Positions 30,232 through 41,400 of a stretch of 64,000 nt of DNA are shown piece by piece. Positions within the stretch are counted from its first letter, which is position 1. The number at the start of each line of letters is the position of its first letter. The position numbers were made by a program, and so were the translations under genes. Under the pieces are notes generated by a model that saw nothing but the letters and a program-made list of their open reading frames with translations, did not search any database and was not told the origin of the DNA. Source of the DNA: Microbulbifer sp. (GTDB taxonomy: Bacteria; Pseudomonadota; Gammaproteobacteria; Pseudomonadales; Cellvibrionaceae); assembly GCF_051659245.1 (NCBI RefSeq), contig NZ_JBOFOC010000025.1, positions 841 through 64,840 on the forward strand. The letters run 5' to 3'.

Positions 30232-30406
30232 GGTTGAGTTAGGCCACTTTTGTATTCGTAGGGTGCGCCATGCGCACCGCCCCAGGGCTCCGGAAGGAAT
30301 GGCACTTAGTTAAGCCGCTTCTTCTTTGTAGGATGGGCAAAGGAGCGTAGCGACGTGCCCATCTTCAGGCGCCGCTGATGGGCACGCTGCGCTTTGCCCA
30401 TCCTAC
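30232..30406. repeat. REP cluster between fliK and fliL
   Basis: GTAGGGTGCGCCATGCGCACC (30258), GAATGGCACTTAGTTAAG end (30297), GTAGGATGGGCA doublet (30328-30406). Confidence 0.8.
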
Positions 30407-30604
30407 AGGGACTCCTGAAATAATTTTTTCAGTTTTGGCTCAGCCAATTTGTATCCGACCATCAACTCGACCCAGCGTCACCTCTCCGGAAAGTCTATAC
30501 GCCGAGATAGGCTCAATACAGTGGCTTTTTCTTCGAATCCCCAACCCTCCGGTAGAGGCATACTCTCCGCCCAACTGAGAATTTCCGGGCAAAGGCGCGA
30601 GTCG

Positions 30605-31096
30605 ATGGCAGAGACCTCCAGCAAATCGTACAGATGGCTGTGGCTGGCGATCCCGACAGGGATACTGGTCACCGCACTGGTCGCCATCAATCTGTACCTG
30701 CTGCTGGGGGACAGGGAAAGCGACGACGGCGCCGCCGCCGTGGAAGAAGAGAGAGAAGGTGCTCTTCTGCCCAGCGGCCCCCCAACCTTCGTGAAAATCG
30801 ATCCGTTCACCGTCAACCTGCAGGGGAAACCCTACAGCAGCCGGCTCCTGTATGTGGGCCTGTCGCTGCAGGTGGGGAACAAGGAAACCCGGGAATTCCT
30901 GCTGGAGCACATGCCCCAGGTGCGCAGCCGGCTGTTGCTCCTGCATTCGGCGCAGAGCCCGGAGAAGCTGGCCACGCCGGAAGGCAAGCGGGAGCTGGTC
31001 GCCGGCATTCTCGCCGCGCTCTCCGAACCGATGGCCCACCCCCAGCCCGAACTCCTGGTCGAGGACGTGCTCTTCACCGAGTTCATCGTGCAGTAA
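30605..31096 (+). CDS. fliL: Basal-body protein FliL
   Basis: N-terminal TM, FTVNL, PQVRSRLLLL, VLFTEFIVQ. Confidence 0.92.
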   Translation: MAETSSKSYRWLWLAIPTGILVTALVAINLYLLLGDRESDDGAAAVEEEREGALLPSGPPTFVKIDPFTVNLQGKPYSSRLLYVGLSLQVGNKETREFLLEHMPQVRSRLLLLHSAQSPEKLATPEGKRELVAGILAALSEPMAHPQPELLVEDVLFTEFIVQ

Positions 31097-31107
31097 CGGA
31101 TCCACAC

Positions 31108-32151
31108 ATGGCCCAGGACGATCTGCTCTCGCAGAAAGAAATCGATGCCCTGCTCCATGGCCCGGGCGACGGCGACGACGCGGACACCGCGAGCGCCAAG
31201 CCCCAGGTGCGCCCCTACGACCCGGTGTCCCAGCAGCGGGTGATCCGCGAACGCCTGCACAGCATGGACATCATCAACGAGCGGTTCGCGCGCCACTTCC
31301 GGGTCGCCCTGTTCAACCTGATCCGGCGAAGCGCCGACATCACCGTCGACTCGGTGCGCTACCAGAGCTTCAAGGACTTCGCCCGCAACCTGCCAGTACC
31401 CACCAACCTGAACCTGATCAGCATGAGGCCCCTGCGCGGCACCGGCCTGATAGTGTTTCCGCCCAGTATGGTGTTCATGGTGGTGGACAGCCTGTTCGGC
31501 GGCGACGGCCGCTTCGTCACCAAATCCGAGGGGCGGGAGTTCACCAATACCGAGCAGCGCATTATCCAGCGCATACTTCAACTGGCCATCAATGCCTACC
31601 AAGACTCCTGGAAATCCGTGTACGCGCTGGACATCAGCTACCTGCGCTCGGAACTCCAGGCCAGGTTCGCCAATATCACCAACTCTCCCAACGAGATCAT
31701 CGTCAACACCACCTTTCAATTGGAGGTGGGCAGCCTGTCCGATCAATTCCAGATCTGCATGCCCTACTCGATGATCGAGCCGCTGCGCGACCTGCTCACC
31801 AACCCGGTAGCGGACGGCCGCGACGCCGGCGACCAGACCTGGAACCGGCGCATGGCCGGCGAGATCCGCCAGTCCGAAGTGGAACTGGTGGCGGAATTCG
31901 TCAGCCTGCCCAGCCGCATCGCCGCGGTGATGAACCTGAAGCGCGGCGACGTACTGCCCATCGACCTGCCGGACACTGTCACCGCACGGGTGGACGGCGT
32001 GCCGGTACTGGAATGCGAGTACGGCAGCCGCAACGGGCAGCGCGCCCTGCGCGTATCCAGGGTGATCGAGCACAGCGGCGCGCGGGCGGCAACGGTTGCC
32101 GGCCATTTCATCAAGGGAGCTACGCCGAAAAATGAGGAATCCGAGCGATGA
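31108..32151 (+). CDS. fliM: Motor switch protein FliM
   Basis: LLSQKEIDALL CheY-binding motif; GREFTNTEQRII. Confidence 0.96.
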   Translation: MAQDDLLSQKEIDALLHGPGDGDDADTASAKPQVRPYDPVSQQRVIRERLHSMDIINERFARHFRVALFNLIRRSADITVDSVRYQSFKDFARNLPVPTNLNLISMRPLRGTGLIVFPPSMVFMVVDSLFGGDGRFVTKSEGREFTNTEQRIIQRILQLAINAYQDSWKSVYALDISYLRSELQARFANITNSPNEIIVNTTFQLEVGSLSDQFQICMPYSMIEPLRDLLTNPVADGRDAGDQTWNRRMAGEIRQSEVELVAEFVSLPSRIAAVMNLKRGDVLPIDLPDTVTARVDGVPVLECEYGSRNGQRALRVSRVIEHSGARAATVAGHFIKGATPKNEESER

Positions 32152-32621
32152 GTGATGCCGATGAACCCGATCTGAACGACGACGTGGCCGTGGCCGAACA
32201 GCCCGCCGACGGGGAGTCCGATATCTGGGCGGACGCCCTGGCGGAACAAACGCGGATGGAAGGGGAAGCGGCGGCGGACGACGACACCGCCGCGGCTGCC
32301 CGCAATGCCGGCGAGCAGGTCTTCAGGCCCCTGGAGCAGGGCGCGGGCACCGCCGCCCCCCGCGATCTGGAAATGGTGATGGACATTCCGGTGCGGCTCA
32401 GCGTGGAACTGGGCCGCACCCGCATCATCATCAAGCAGCTACTCGAACTGGCCCAGGGCTCGGTAATCGAACTCGACGGCCTCGCCGGCGAGCCCATGGA
32501 TATCCTGATCAACGGCTACCTGATCGCCCAGGGCGAGGTGGTGGTCGTGGAGGACAAGTACGGCATCCGCATCACCGAAATCGTCACCCCTTACGAACGG
32601 GTGCACAAGCTCAATCGATGA
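32148..32621 (+). CDS. fliN: Motor switch protein FliN
   Basis: DIPVRLSVELGRT...GEVVVVEDKYGIRITEI. Confidence 0.95.
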   Translation: MSDADEPDLNDDVAVAEQPADGESDIWADALAEQTRMEGEAAADDDTAAAARNAGEQVFRPLEQGAGTAAPRDLEMVMDIPVRLSVELGRTRIIIKQLLELAQGSVIELDGLAGEPMDILINGYLIAQGEVVVVEDKYGIRITEIVTPYERVHKLNR

Positions 32622-33007
32622 ATCCGGCAACCCCCAACAGCGCCGAGGCCGTATCGGGCATGGCCGCACTGGGCAAGACCGCCCTGGTGCTGGCGGCGAT
32701 GGTGGCGCTGATCCTGCTGTGCGGCTGGCTGCTCCGGCGGCTCGGCCCGCAGCGCGTACAGGGCGCCTCCGACCCGGGCCTTAAGGTGATCGCCAGCCGC
32801 GCGGTGGGCGCCCGGGAGCGGGTGGTGGTGATGGAACTGGAAGGTACCTGGCTGGTGCTGGGCGTGGGCGGCGGCAGTGTCAGCAAATTGCACGAACTGC
32901 CGGCGCCGGAGCGGCCAGTCGCGCCGGGTACCGCGCCGGGCGACGGCAGTTTCGCCAACCGCTTCGCCCGGGCGCTCGCGCACAATCTCGGCGGGAGACG
33001 GTCGTGA
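32618..33007 (+). CDS. fliO: Export apparatus protein FliO
   Basis: TM helix, then [21 protein letters not shown]. Confidence 0.88.
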   Translation: MNPATPNSAEAVSGMAALGKTALVLAAMVALILLCGWLLRRLGPQRVQGASDPGLKVIASRAVGARERVVVMELEGTWLVLGVGGGSVSKLHELPAPERPVAPGTAPGDGSFANRFARALAHNLGGRRS

Positions 33008-33753
33008 TCCGGCCGCCGGTTCTTCTGGTTGTCACGCTGGCTCTGATGTGGCCGGCCGCCGGTGCCTGGGCCCAGGAGGCCCTGCCCGGTATCGTCAGCC
33101 AGCCCACCACCGGCGGTGGGCAGCAGTGGTCGATCAAGCTACAGACCCTGTTGCTTCTCACCAGCCTGGCCTTTATTCCCGCGGTGCTACTGATGATGAC
33201 CTGCTTCACGCGCATCATCATCGTGCTCAGCCTGCTGCGCACCGCCATGGGCACCCAGGCAGCGCCGCCCAACCAGGTGCTGCTGGGGCTTTCCCTATTT
33301 CTCACCTTTTTCGTGATGTCCCCGGTGCTTGAAGAGATTCGCGAGACGGCCTGGCAGCCCCTGGCCAACGAGGAAATCAGCTTCGACCAGTTCCTGGAGC
33401 GGAGCAGTCAACCGCTGCGGGAGTTTATGCTCGCGCAGACCCGCGAGCCGGACATCGCCCTGTTCGCCCGGCTGGCGGAGGTGGGAAACGTGCAGAGTCC
33501 GGCGGAGCTTCCCCTGCGGGTACTGCTGCCGGCCTTCGTCACCAGTGAACTGAAAACCGCCTTCCAGATCGGCTTCACCATTTTCATTCCGTTTCTGATT
33601 ATCGACCTGGTGGTGGCCAGCGTGCTGATGGCACTGGGCATGATGATGGTGCCACCGGCCACCATTTCCCTGCCCTTCAAGCTGATGCTGTTCGTGCTGG
33701 TGGACGGCTGGCAGCTGATTGTCGGGTCCCTGGCAGAGAGCTTTTTCATATGA
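33004..33753 (+). CDS. fliP: Export gate protein FliP
   Basis: [41 protein letters not shown]. Confidence 0.96.
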   Translation: MIRPPVLLVVTLALMWPAAGAWAQEALPGIVSQPTTGGGQQWSIKLQTLLLLTSLAFIPAVLLMMTCFTRIIIVLSLLRTAMGTQAAPPNQVLLGLSLFLTFFVMSPVLEEIRETAWQPLANEEISFDQFLERSSQPLREFMLAQTREPDIALFARLAEVGNVQSPAELPLRVLLPAFVTSELKTAFQIGFTIFIPFLIIDLVVASVLMALGMMMVPPATISLPFKLMLFVLVDGWQLIVGSLAESFFI

Positions 33754-34019
33754 GCCCGGAAACCGTAATGGACATCGCCTACCGGGCCATGATGGTCACC
33801 CTCTACCTGGGCGCGCCCATGCTGATCGCCGCCCTGCTGATCGGACTGCTGGTGAGCCTGTTCCAGGCAGCCACCCAGATCAACGAGATGACGCTGTCGT
33901 TCATTCCCAAGATCCTGGGGGTTTTCGCCGTCCTGGTGGTCGCCGGACCCTGGCTGTTGGAGCTGATCACCGACTACACCCGCACCCTGTTCCAGAATAT
34001 CCCCTTCCTGGTTTCCTGA
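33750..34019 (+). CDS. fliQ: Export gate protein FliQ
   Basis: [23 protein letters not shown]. Confidence 0.96.
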   Translation: MSPETVMDIAYRAMMVTLYLGAPMLIAALLIGLLVSLFQAATQINEMTLSFIPKILGVFAVLVVAGPWLLELITDYTRTLFQNIPFLVS

Positions 34020-34022
34020 GCG

Positions 34023-34808
34023 GTGGTAGAAATCACCTTCGCGCAACTGCACGCCTGGCTGGTGACCTTCCTGTGGCCCTTTATGCGACTCTCGGCCTTC
34101 TTTATGGCGGCGCCGCTGCTCGGCCACACCGCCGTGCCGGCTCGGGTCAAGATAGGGCTGGCGGTGCTGCTCAGCGCCGCCGTGGCGCCCGGCCTGCCGC
34201 CGCTGCCGGCGGCGCCGGTGTGGTCCTGGGCGGGACTCGGCATCATGGTGGAGCAGACCCTGATAGGCGCAGCCATGGGCCTGGCCCTGCGGGTGATGTT
34301 CAGCGCGGTACAGGCCGCCGGGGAATATATCGGCCTGCAGATGGGGCTGGCCTTCGCCACCTTCGTGACCCCGGACGGCGTCAACACCGTGGTCCTCTCG
34401 AGGCTGCTGCATATGATCACCCTGCTGATGTTCCTGGCGGTCAACGGGCACCTGATCGCCATCGATATACTGGCCGGCAGCTTCCGCATCCTGCCCATCG
34501 GCTACGTGGGACTCGCCCCGGGCGGCCTGGACATGCTGGTCCGCTACGGCGGCACCATTTTCGCGTCCGGCCTGCTGCTGGCGCTGCCGCCGGTAGCGGC
34601 GCTGCTGATCGTCAACCTGGCGCTGGGCATTCTCAACCGCTCCGCACCCCAGCTCACCGTCTTCTCCGTGGGTTTTCCCACCTCGCTGACCCTGGGGCTG
34701 TTTCTGCTGCTGACGTTGATGACGGACTTCGGGCGATTTCTGCAGCAGCTGTTCGGCCAGGGGCTCGGGTTCCTGCAGCAGTTGGTGGAGGCGCTGGCGC
34801 CACTGTAG
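34023..34808 (+). CDS. fliR: Export gate protein FliR
   Basis: AGEYIGLQMGLAFA, LNRSAPQLTVFSVGFP. Confidence 0.95.
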   Translation: MVEITFAQLHAWLVTFLWPFMRLSAFFMAAPLLGHTAVPARVKIGLAVLLSAAVAPGLPPLPAAPVWSWAGLGIMVEQTLIGAAMGLALRVMFSAVQAAGEYIGLQMGLAFATFVTPDGVNTVVLSRLLHMITLLMFLAVNGHLIAIDILAGSFRILPIGYVGLAPGGLDMLVRYGGTIFASGLLLALPPVAALLIVNLALGILNRSAPQLTVFSVGFPTSLTLGLFLLLTLMTDFGRFLQQLFGQGLGFLQQLVEALAPL

Positions 34809-35015
34809 TAGCGGTCAAGGGAGACGACGCCTATTAAATAAGTAAGAAACGAAAGTCCCGTTTCCGTAAGCTGAGCCGGAAGAGCCTCTCCGAAGTTATC
34901 TCCGAAGTCGAACTCCGAAACAGTCCAGGTGACCCCATCCTCCGAGATGCCAAAATGACGGGGAGCCACCATTACGAAGAGCCCGTGTTGAATCCCTGGT
35001 TTTTTAAAGGTGAAT

Positions 35016-36833
35016 CTACTTTGTAATTACCATTTGTAATATGACACCGTTCTCACCAACTACAACAAATTGTTCGTCAGCGGACACTATGCCATATAGA
35101 TCAACAGACACCGGTGAGAGTTGCGAAGTCCAGGTAGCTCCGTCGGGACTAGTAAGAACAATACCGCCGTCACCAACCGCAGCGAACTCCATAATGCTCT
35201 CATCCCAACAGATGCCCATCAGAGTTTTCTGTGTACCTGAGGACTGCACAGTCCATGAAATCCCATCCGGACTTGTTATGATCAATCCTAACTGCCCAAC
35301 CGCGACGAACATCCCGTTTTTCTGACTCCAGCATATATCTACAAGCGAAGGATAAAAGCCTGTATCGTAACTAGCCCAATTCAAACCGTCAGTGCTAATA
35401 CGAACGTGGGAACCTATTGCAACGAATTTTCCGTTACCATACGTTACACTTTGAAGTGAGGTCCCAGAAGCATCTTTAAACACCTTCCAACCATTGTTTT
35501 TAGTGGTTGTAGCGATATATACACCTTTCCCATGTACGCCGCCATATGATCCAACTGCTACAAAAACGTTGTTACCCCACGCAATAGCAGAATATATACC
35601 ATCAACTATGTGACCATCCCAGTTAGTTCCGTTCGAACCGGAAAAGAAGTTTGGTTTCCTGCTTGAAGCTGTTTTCCCTGTGATCATGAACTCAGCTCCG
35701 TTGTAAGCCACGTTATCAAGGTATAGAAATTGGGTGTATGGTAGTGGCGGATTCAATTTCCAGTGTAGACCATCTGTGCTATATATTGTCTGACCGTCTG
35801 AACCTGTTGCAACGAACTTCCCTTTACCGTACGTAACAGCAAATAACCGCTGGGTAGTAGGAGATGTAACCTGACTTATTGTGATACCCGCTTCTTTTTT
35901 GGATGGCAACATAGTCACGCCAACCGGTCCTCCGTCAATAGGTCTCGTTTCGACTACAGTGTTTGAAGACAGGTCAATTATGGATAGTGTTTTTGAATAC
36001 TCGTTTGTCACACAAGCAACCGAGTCATCGTTTCGAATCCAGATGTACCGCGGGCCTTCACCAACCGCTATGGTCTTTGTCACCGAATATGAAGCCGCGT
36101 CAATTACAGATACGGTAGCACTGTTCTCATTCGTAACATATACAGTTTTTCCATCTGAAGAGAAGAAGGCACATCCTGGCTGGGTCCCGACTTTAATGTC
36201 TCTTGTCACAGAAAAAGTATCGGGATCTATGACTGAAACCGTATCGGACGATTTCCCGTTTGTTCCGTAGTTGGTCACGAACAACTCATGAGTTAGAGGA
36301 CTTACTGCTATCCCAAGAACATAGTTACCGAATCTAGTCGTACCGACTATCGTGTTATCTTTGGTATCGAACGCGGTTACATACCCGCTAAATAAGCTAG
36401 TCACGTAGAGACGTGTTCCGTTTGGTGCAAAAGCTATATCGTTTGCTCCACCGTAATTCTTGACCGGAAACGTATCAACCACCGCATGACTATCGACATC
36501 GATTACTGAGATCGTTCCGTCAACGATATTGGCAACATATACTTTTGACCCATCAGGGTGAATCGCTAAATCCCAGGGACGCCGTCCAACCGAAATCTCG
36601 TGAGTAACTGTTGCTGAGGCAATATCAATAACTGAGACCGAGTCACTTCCGGAATTCGATACATAAACTTTTTTTCCGTCAAAAGCTGACACTGCTCCAT
36701 AAGGTGTGTAACCAACAGAAATTGTGCTGGTTATTTTCATTGTCTTGAGATCAAGAATCACAACGCTGTTCCTGTCAGGAAGTGTAGCGAATATTGTACC
36801 GGTTAGAGATTGAGAACCTTTCGATTTCGACAT
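35016..36833 (-). CDS. YVTN-type beta-propeller fused to a second SxDGxxW-repeat propeller
   Basis: Repeats I.VG..P..LA..PDG..VYV.N in the N-terminal half; S.DG..W / FVAVG..G repeats in the C-terminal half; AT-rich; GGAGG RBS; no clear signal peptide. Confidence 0.8.
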   Translation of the reverse strand: MSKSKGSQSLTGTIFATLPDRNSVVILDLKTMKITSTISVGYTPYGAVSAFDGKKVYVSNSGSDSVSVIDIASATVTHEISVGRRPWDLAIHPDGSKVYVANIVDGTISVIDVDSHAVVDTFPVKNYGGANDIAFAPNGTRLYVTSLFSGYVTAFDTKDNTIVGTTRFGNYVLGIAVSPLTHELFVTNYGTNGKSSDTVSVIDPDTFSVTRDIKVGTQPGCAFFSSDGKTVYVTNENSATVSVIDAASYSVTKTIAVGEGPRYIWIRNDDSVACVTNEYSKTLSIIDLSSNTVVETRPIDGGPVGVTMLPSKKEAGITISQVTSPTTQRLFAVTYGKGKFVATGSDGQTIYSTDGLHWKLNPPLPYTQFLYLDNVAYNGAEFMITGKTASSRKPNFFSGSNGTNWDGHIVDGIYSAIAWGNNVFVAVGSYGGVHGKGVYIATTTKNNGWKVFKDASGTSLQSVTYGNGKFVAIGSHVRISTDGLNWASYDTGFYPSLVDICWSQKNGMFVAVGQLGLIITSPDGISWTVQSSGTQKTLMGICWDESIMEFAAVGDGGIVLTSPDGATWTSQLSPVSVDLYGIVSADEQFVVVGENGVILQMVITK

Positions 36834-36928
36834 GTTTCTCCTCCACTTATGTAATCACCACCTACGAAAACAAACAAAATCGTTTCCGAAAGTGCAATTT
36901 GAATCATATTATTAATGGTGTTTGCAAC

Positions 36929-37195
36929 CTACCCAATCTTCCGGATTCGATAGGCCTTCTCATATATTTTCCCTAAGTCTTCCTTTAATACTTCCACTCG
37001 ACGTTTTATCCGGCTACTGTAACGAATAATCCCGCCAGCCGTGTTTCCACCTAAATAATCTTCCCTCATAGCCAAACAGGCAAATGCATCGCACATAAAA
37101 GAGCAATAATCAGCAAATTCAACAAAGTCATCATCGAAGTGCATCAAATCGACTTCGAGCGGTGTTTTATCTGGTTTGGATGATTCTTGCGACAT
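36929..37195 (-). CDS. Hypothetical small helical protein (88 aa)
   Basis: ORF MSQESSKPDKTPLEVDLMHFDDDFVEF... with AGGAGG upstream; family not recognised. Confidence 0.5.
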   Translation of the reverse strand: MSQESSKPDKTPLEVDLMHFDDDFVEFADYCSFMCDAFACLAMREDYLGGNTAGGIIRYSSRIKRRVEVLKEDLGKIYEKAYRIRKIG

Positions 37196-37638
37196 TATCC
37201 TGCCTCCTGAGCTGGGCTTCGAAACTGGACATTCCAACTTAATACATCTTTTGAAATATCCCATTTCGGGATATTAATGCCCAGGAAAAGGCTGATGAAC
37301 TAGAACGGGCGTTCTGCGCGATGGCAGACATGACGCCATTGACCGGTAACTTCGGCAGCTAACGAGGCAGTAGAAAAACTCCGCCCTCTTCTTTGTGGTT
37401 ATATTTGGCCCAGAAAATCGCACTCCTACGTGAATTCTGGACCTGTTTTGTATAGTACTGCCGGTACTACACAAGAAGGACTCGGAGACTTGATGGACAC
37501 TAGACAATACTGGCCACGCCAAGAAAGGCATCCATTCGGTAGGTGTGGTACGTCAGTGTACTACCGCCATAGTAAAGAGCTGGAGCCGGAGCGGTGTGTC
37601 AAGCACATTGCGTCCAACTCACCCGAGCACAGGGTCCC

Positions 37639-37670
37639 AAAAGGGGTCGCCCCCTTTTCGCCTTTTCTTT
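37639..37670. terminator. Probable bidirectional terminator at the end of the chelatase operon
   Basis: AAAAGGGG-TCGC-CCCCTTTT hairpin with T runs. Confidence 0.55.
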
Positions 37671-37686
37671 TCGTGCCTTTTCGTTA

Positions 37687-38037
37687 CTACTCCCCGCCAA
37701 TCAAAATCAATTTCCCGGTCTCCGGATCGCGGTAAACCCTACCCAGACTTTCCATACCCTCGCCATTGCCATCAAGGGCTTTCCGAATGGACGCCGGAGC
37801 CTCGATCAGTTCCCTGCCCTGCCGGATATCCACTTTGTCTTCCAGCTGGAAATGCTGGCGCAGTTCGCGGCTCTGGGCAATGAGGGCGATCAGCAGGCCC
37901 AGTGCGAACACCAGCATCACATCCATGATGTTGGCGAAGCCGGATAGCGGATCGCTGTCCACCTCGCTGAAATGCCCCCGTTTCCAGGACCGGGTTTTGC
38001 CGCGGCCGCCGGCGGGGCGCGGATTAAATGTGTTCAC
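37687..38037 (-). CDS. DUF2149-like protein
   Basis: DPLSGFANIMDVMLVFALGLLIAL and LGRVYRDPETGKLI; third gene of a CobN-like/MotA-like operon. Confidence 0.8.
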   Translation of the reverse strand: MNTFNPRPAGGRGKTRSWKRGHFSEVDSDPLSGFANIMDVMLVFALGLLIALIAQSRELRQHFQLEDKVDIRQGRELIEAPASIRKALDGNGEGMESLGRVYRDPETGKLILIGGE

Positions 38038-38476
38038 GGTGGGCCACTTCCAGGGTTTGCCAGACGGATTCGTACCAGCGGCGGCGCACCCGGCCGATCA
38101 TGTAGGCCACCAATCCCACCAGCAAGCCGATCACCGTGGTGTCGAAGGCCACGGTCAGCGCTGTGGCGAGGATGTCGATATTGCCGGAGCTCAGTGCCAC
38201 CAGTCCAGGACCGAGGGGAATCAGGGTGCCCATCAGGCCGAGAATCGGACCGCTGCGGGCCAGCAGGTCCGCCCGCTCCAGCCGGCGCAAGGCGTAGCCC
38301 TCGAAGCGGGCGGCCTCGCCGTTGCGGTAGCGGGCCAGGGTGGCGGTGCGTTCCGCCAGGGCGATGCCCAATTCCCACAGGGTCAGCAGCAGGGCCAGGC
38401 CGAGGCCGGCAATAACCGGGTACAGCAGCCAGCCGACAATCTGGTGAAGAATGCCCAGGGTGAGTCCGTGGATCAT
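38024..38476 (-). CDS. MotA/TolQ/ExbB proton-channel family protein
   Basis: GPILGLMGTLIPLGPGL..LS.GNI..LA..L.VAFDTTVIGL. Confidence 0.85.
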   Translation of the reverse strand: MIHGLTLGILHQIVGWLLYPVIAGLGLALLLTLWELGIALAERTATLARYRNGEAARFEGYALRRLERADLLARSGPILGLMGTLIPLGPGLVALSSGNIDILATALTVAFDTTVIGLLVGLVAYMIGRVRRRWYESVWQTLEVAHREHI

Positions 38477-41400
38477 GGTGATTCTCCTCCTTTTGAATGG
38501 GCCAGCGCCCGGTAGAAACCGGCGGCGATAATCAGTATGGAAGCTGCCAGGAGCAGCCAGGCCCAGTGGCTTGCCGGGTTTGACCCGTTGCTTCGCTGGC
38601 GATCATCGGCGGCGGGCGGCTCGCTTGGCCGGTCGTCACTGGATTGAGGTGGTTGGGCCTGCAGGTCTTCCGGCTCTTCCAGTTCGACTTCCGTCAGCCG
38701 GTGCGTTTCTCTGCGCTGTTCCGGTTCGGATTGGGCACGCGCCACTACCGCTTTCAGGGACTCCTGCTGGTCCGGTGCAAGGTGCTGCTCCAGCCAGGGG
38801 AACAGCGGGTGGTCCGGTGTGGTATGGCCGCTGCCGGGCAGGCCGTGGGCGGTCACCAGTGCAGTGAACTCCCCGGCAAGTTGAGCGGTGGTGGCGGCAT
38901 CTTCCTTCCAGAAATCTTTCTGGATGGCTACCAGCATAATAGCCAGCATATTGCTCTTTACATGAACGTTGTGACCTTCCTCCAGGAATTCATCCAGTTG
39001 CAGGCCGTAGCGGTCGTCCACGTAGACATCCTTCACTTCCTGCCACGCCCAGTCCCCCACCAGGGCGGGATTGGTCACCTGCCAGCCCCACAGATACTCC
39101 AGGAATTCGCTGCCCATGGTGCGAGCGCCGGCGTAACCGTGGGCCATGAGTCCTTTCAGCCATTCCGGGTTGAGGTAGCGGCTCCGCAGTTCCTGGCGCA
39201 GGGCGAGGGACAGGGGCCGGACGAGGGTTTTTCCTGGATTGGCGTGGTCGAGCACGTAGTTGTTGGGGGGTTTACCGGTGAGGGTTTCCACCGCCAGGCT
39301 GAGGCCGCCCAGGTAGTCGAAGGCGTCGTTGTTGTCGATCAGACCGTATAGGTTGCTGGAACGACCCAGGTAGGTGTTTTCCACGTCACCGAGCACGGTG
39401 CGGAACACGCCCTCCACCGGCGCGCCGAAAAACCCACCATCGCCACCGTTGCGGCCAAAGCTGTGGCCCAGCCGACGCAAATAGACCTCGGCCAGTTCCT
39501 GCCGTTGCTGCCAGGCGCCAGAGCGGTCCACCAGCCGGTTGACCCCGGCGCCGTAGCTGCCGGGGGCGTCACCGAAGACACGGAGGCTAGCCAGCGCACC
39601 GGCTTCCGCCGCGGCGTGGCCGCCGACCAGTAAATCCTGCGCCTGTTTCACCCAGTGGGCGGCCACCTGGTTCTGATCCAGGCTTTCGCTGCCGCCCTGT
39701 TGCCCGCCGTAGAGTCCCGATTCCCGCAAGGGTTGCAGGGCCTCCTGCAACGCCAGGGTGAGAGCCGGGTAGTCGCGGACGATGGCATCGGCGCTGGCGT
39801 CCAGGGCCATGAGCACTGCCTGGTCGAGCAGCGCCATCTGGCGGCTGTACAGGTCCCGGAACAGACCGGAGGTGGTGAACACCACGTCTCGCCGAACCCG
39901 GCCGTCCGCGAGCGGTTGCCGTTCCAGGCCCTTGACCAGGCCACGGCTGTTCCACACCGGTTTCAACCCCAGCATATCCAGACCGAAGGCGATCATCACC
40001 CCCTCGTCACGCACCACGTCAGACGCCCAGAGCACCAGGGCCTCCCGTTTGTCAGGATTTTGCGGGTTGCTGGCGCGGGCGTCGGCGGCCATTTCCCGGC
40101 CCAGTTCCCAGGCCACCGGGCTGGGAATCAGGCTGTTGTCCAGGGCGTAGAAATTGCGGCCGGTGGGCAGGCTTTCCGGGCTGCGAATGGGATCGTTGCC
40201 TGGACCAGGGGCGATAAAGCCACCGTCCAGCCCGAGGAGCAGAGCGCCCATTTCCGCTGCCGGTGACCGGGTTAGCAACTCTCGCCACTGCACCCGTTCG
40301 CTGTCACTATCCGGCGCCATGGAGTCGAGCATCATGGCGACGGCATTCTCGTCCCAGTCTCTGCCGAAGACATGCAGCCCCAGAGGCATAAAGCGTTCCT
40401 GCAGGCTGGTGAGGTAGTGGCCCACCTCATGCACCAGCATGTCGTCGTCCACCTCATCGAAGCCGATACCCATCACCGCCAGTTCGGCGGACATGGCTTG
40501 CGCCAGTTCGTCCCTCAGTTCCAGGGCATCCACCTTGTCGCGAATCTGTTGGACCAGCCGGCTGGTGAGGGTTGGATTGCCGGCATCGTGGTTGACCTCG
40601 AAACTCTCTACCAACTGGCGCAGTTGCAGCAGGTCGTCGTACAGCGGGGTGTGCTCCAGCGGCGGCGTGAGGTGATCCACCATCACCGCCAGCCCCCGGC
40701 GCTTGGCTTGAATACCCTCGCCGACGCCGTCGACGATGTAGGGGTAAATGCCAGGTATGTCGCTGGCGATAATGCGGGCGTAGTCGTCCGCGGCCAGGGC
40801 CACGGCGCGCCGGGGCAGAAACTCGTAGGTGGAGTGGCGCCCCAGATGCACCATGGCATCCGCCTTAAACTCGTCGCGCAGATAGTGGTAGAACGCCAGG
40901 TACTGGGGAGTCGGGGGAAACGCCAGGTTGGCATGCAACAGCTCCTCGTTGATCTCCCAGCCCCGGGGCGGTTGCGGGCCGATAAAAACGTTGCCAAAGC
41001 GCAACCCCGGCAGCAGTATTTCGCCGTTGTAGGTCATCACCTTGCCGGGAATCTCTCCCCAGCCGCCCAGGCCCTCTATGCCGGTCTGCCGCAGGGCGTC
41101 AATGAGCTTCAGCGCCTCCTCCCAGCAGGGGTTGTCTGGCTGATCAATGGACCGGCGATAGCAGCTTTCCAGTTGTTCCAGCAGCGCGAGGGCGCGGCCG
41201 CGGCCCGGATGATCCACACCCTCCAGCAGGTGGCGCATTTCCTCCACGGTGTGGTTCAGGGAGTTGGCGGCAAATTGGGGCTTGCCCGCCTCTACGGCGT
41301 GCCGGAGCTGCTCGTGCAGGAGGCCGAAGGGACCGTCGACCATTTCCCGCTGCACGGTGGTGGGCAGAGTCTCGAACCATCGCCGGTACCGGTCGGCGGA

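Noticed and set aside
38024-38476. MotA-like gene as the flagellar stator
   Set aside because: Only 150 aa, partnered with a DUF2149-like gene rather than MotB, and inside the riboswitch operon; motAB are not in this window.
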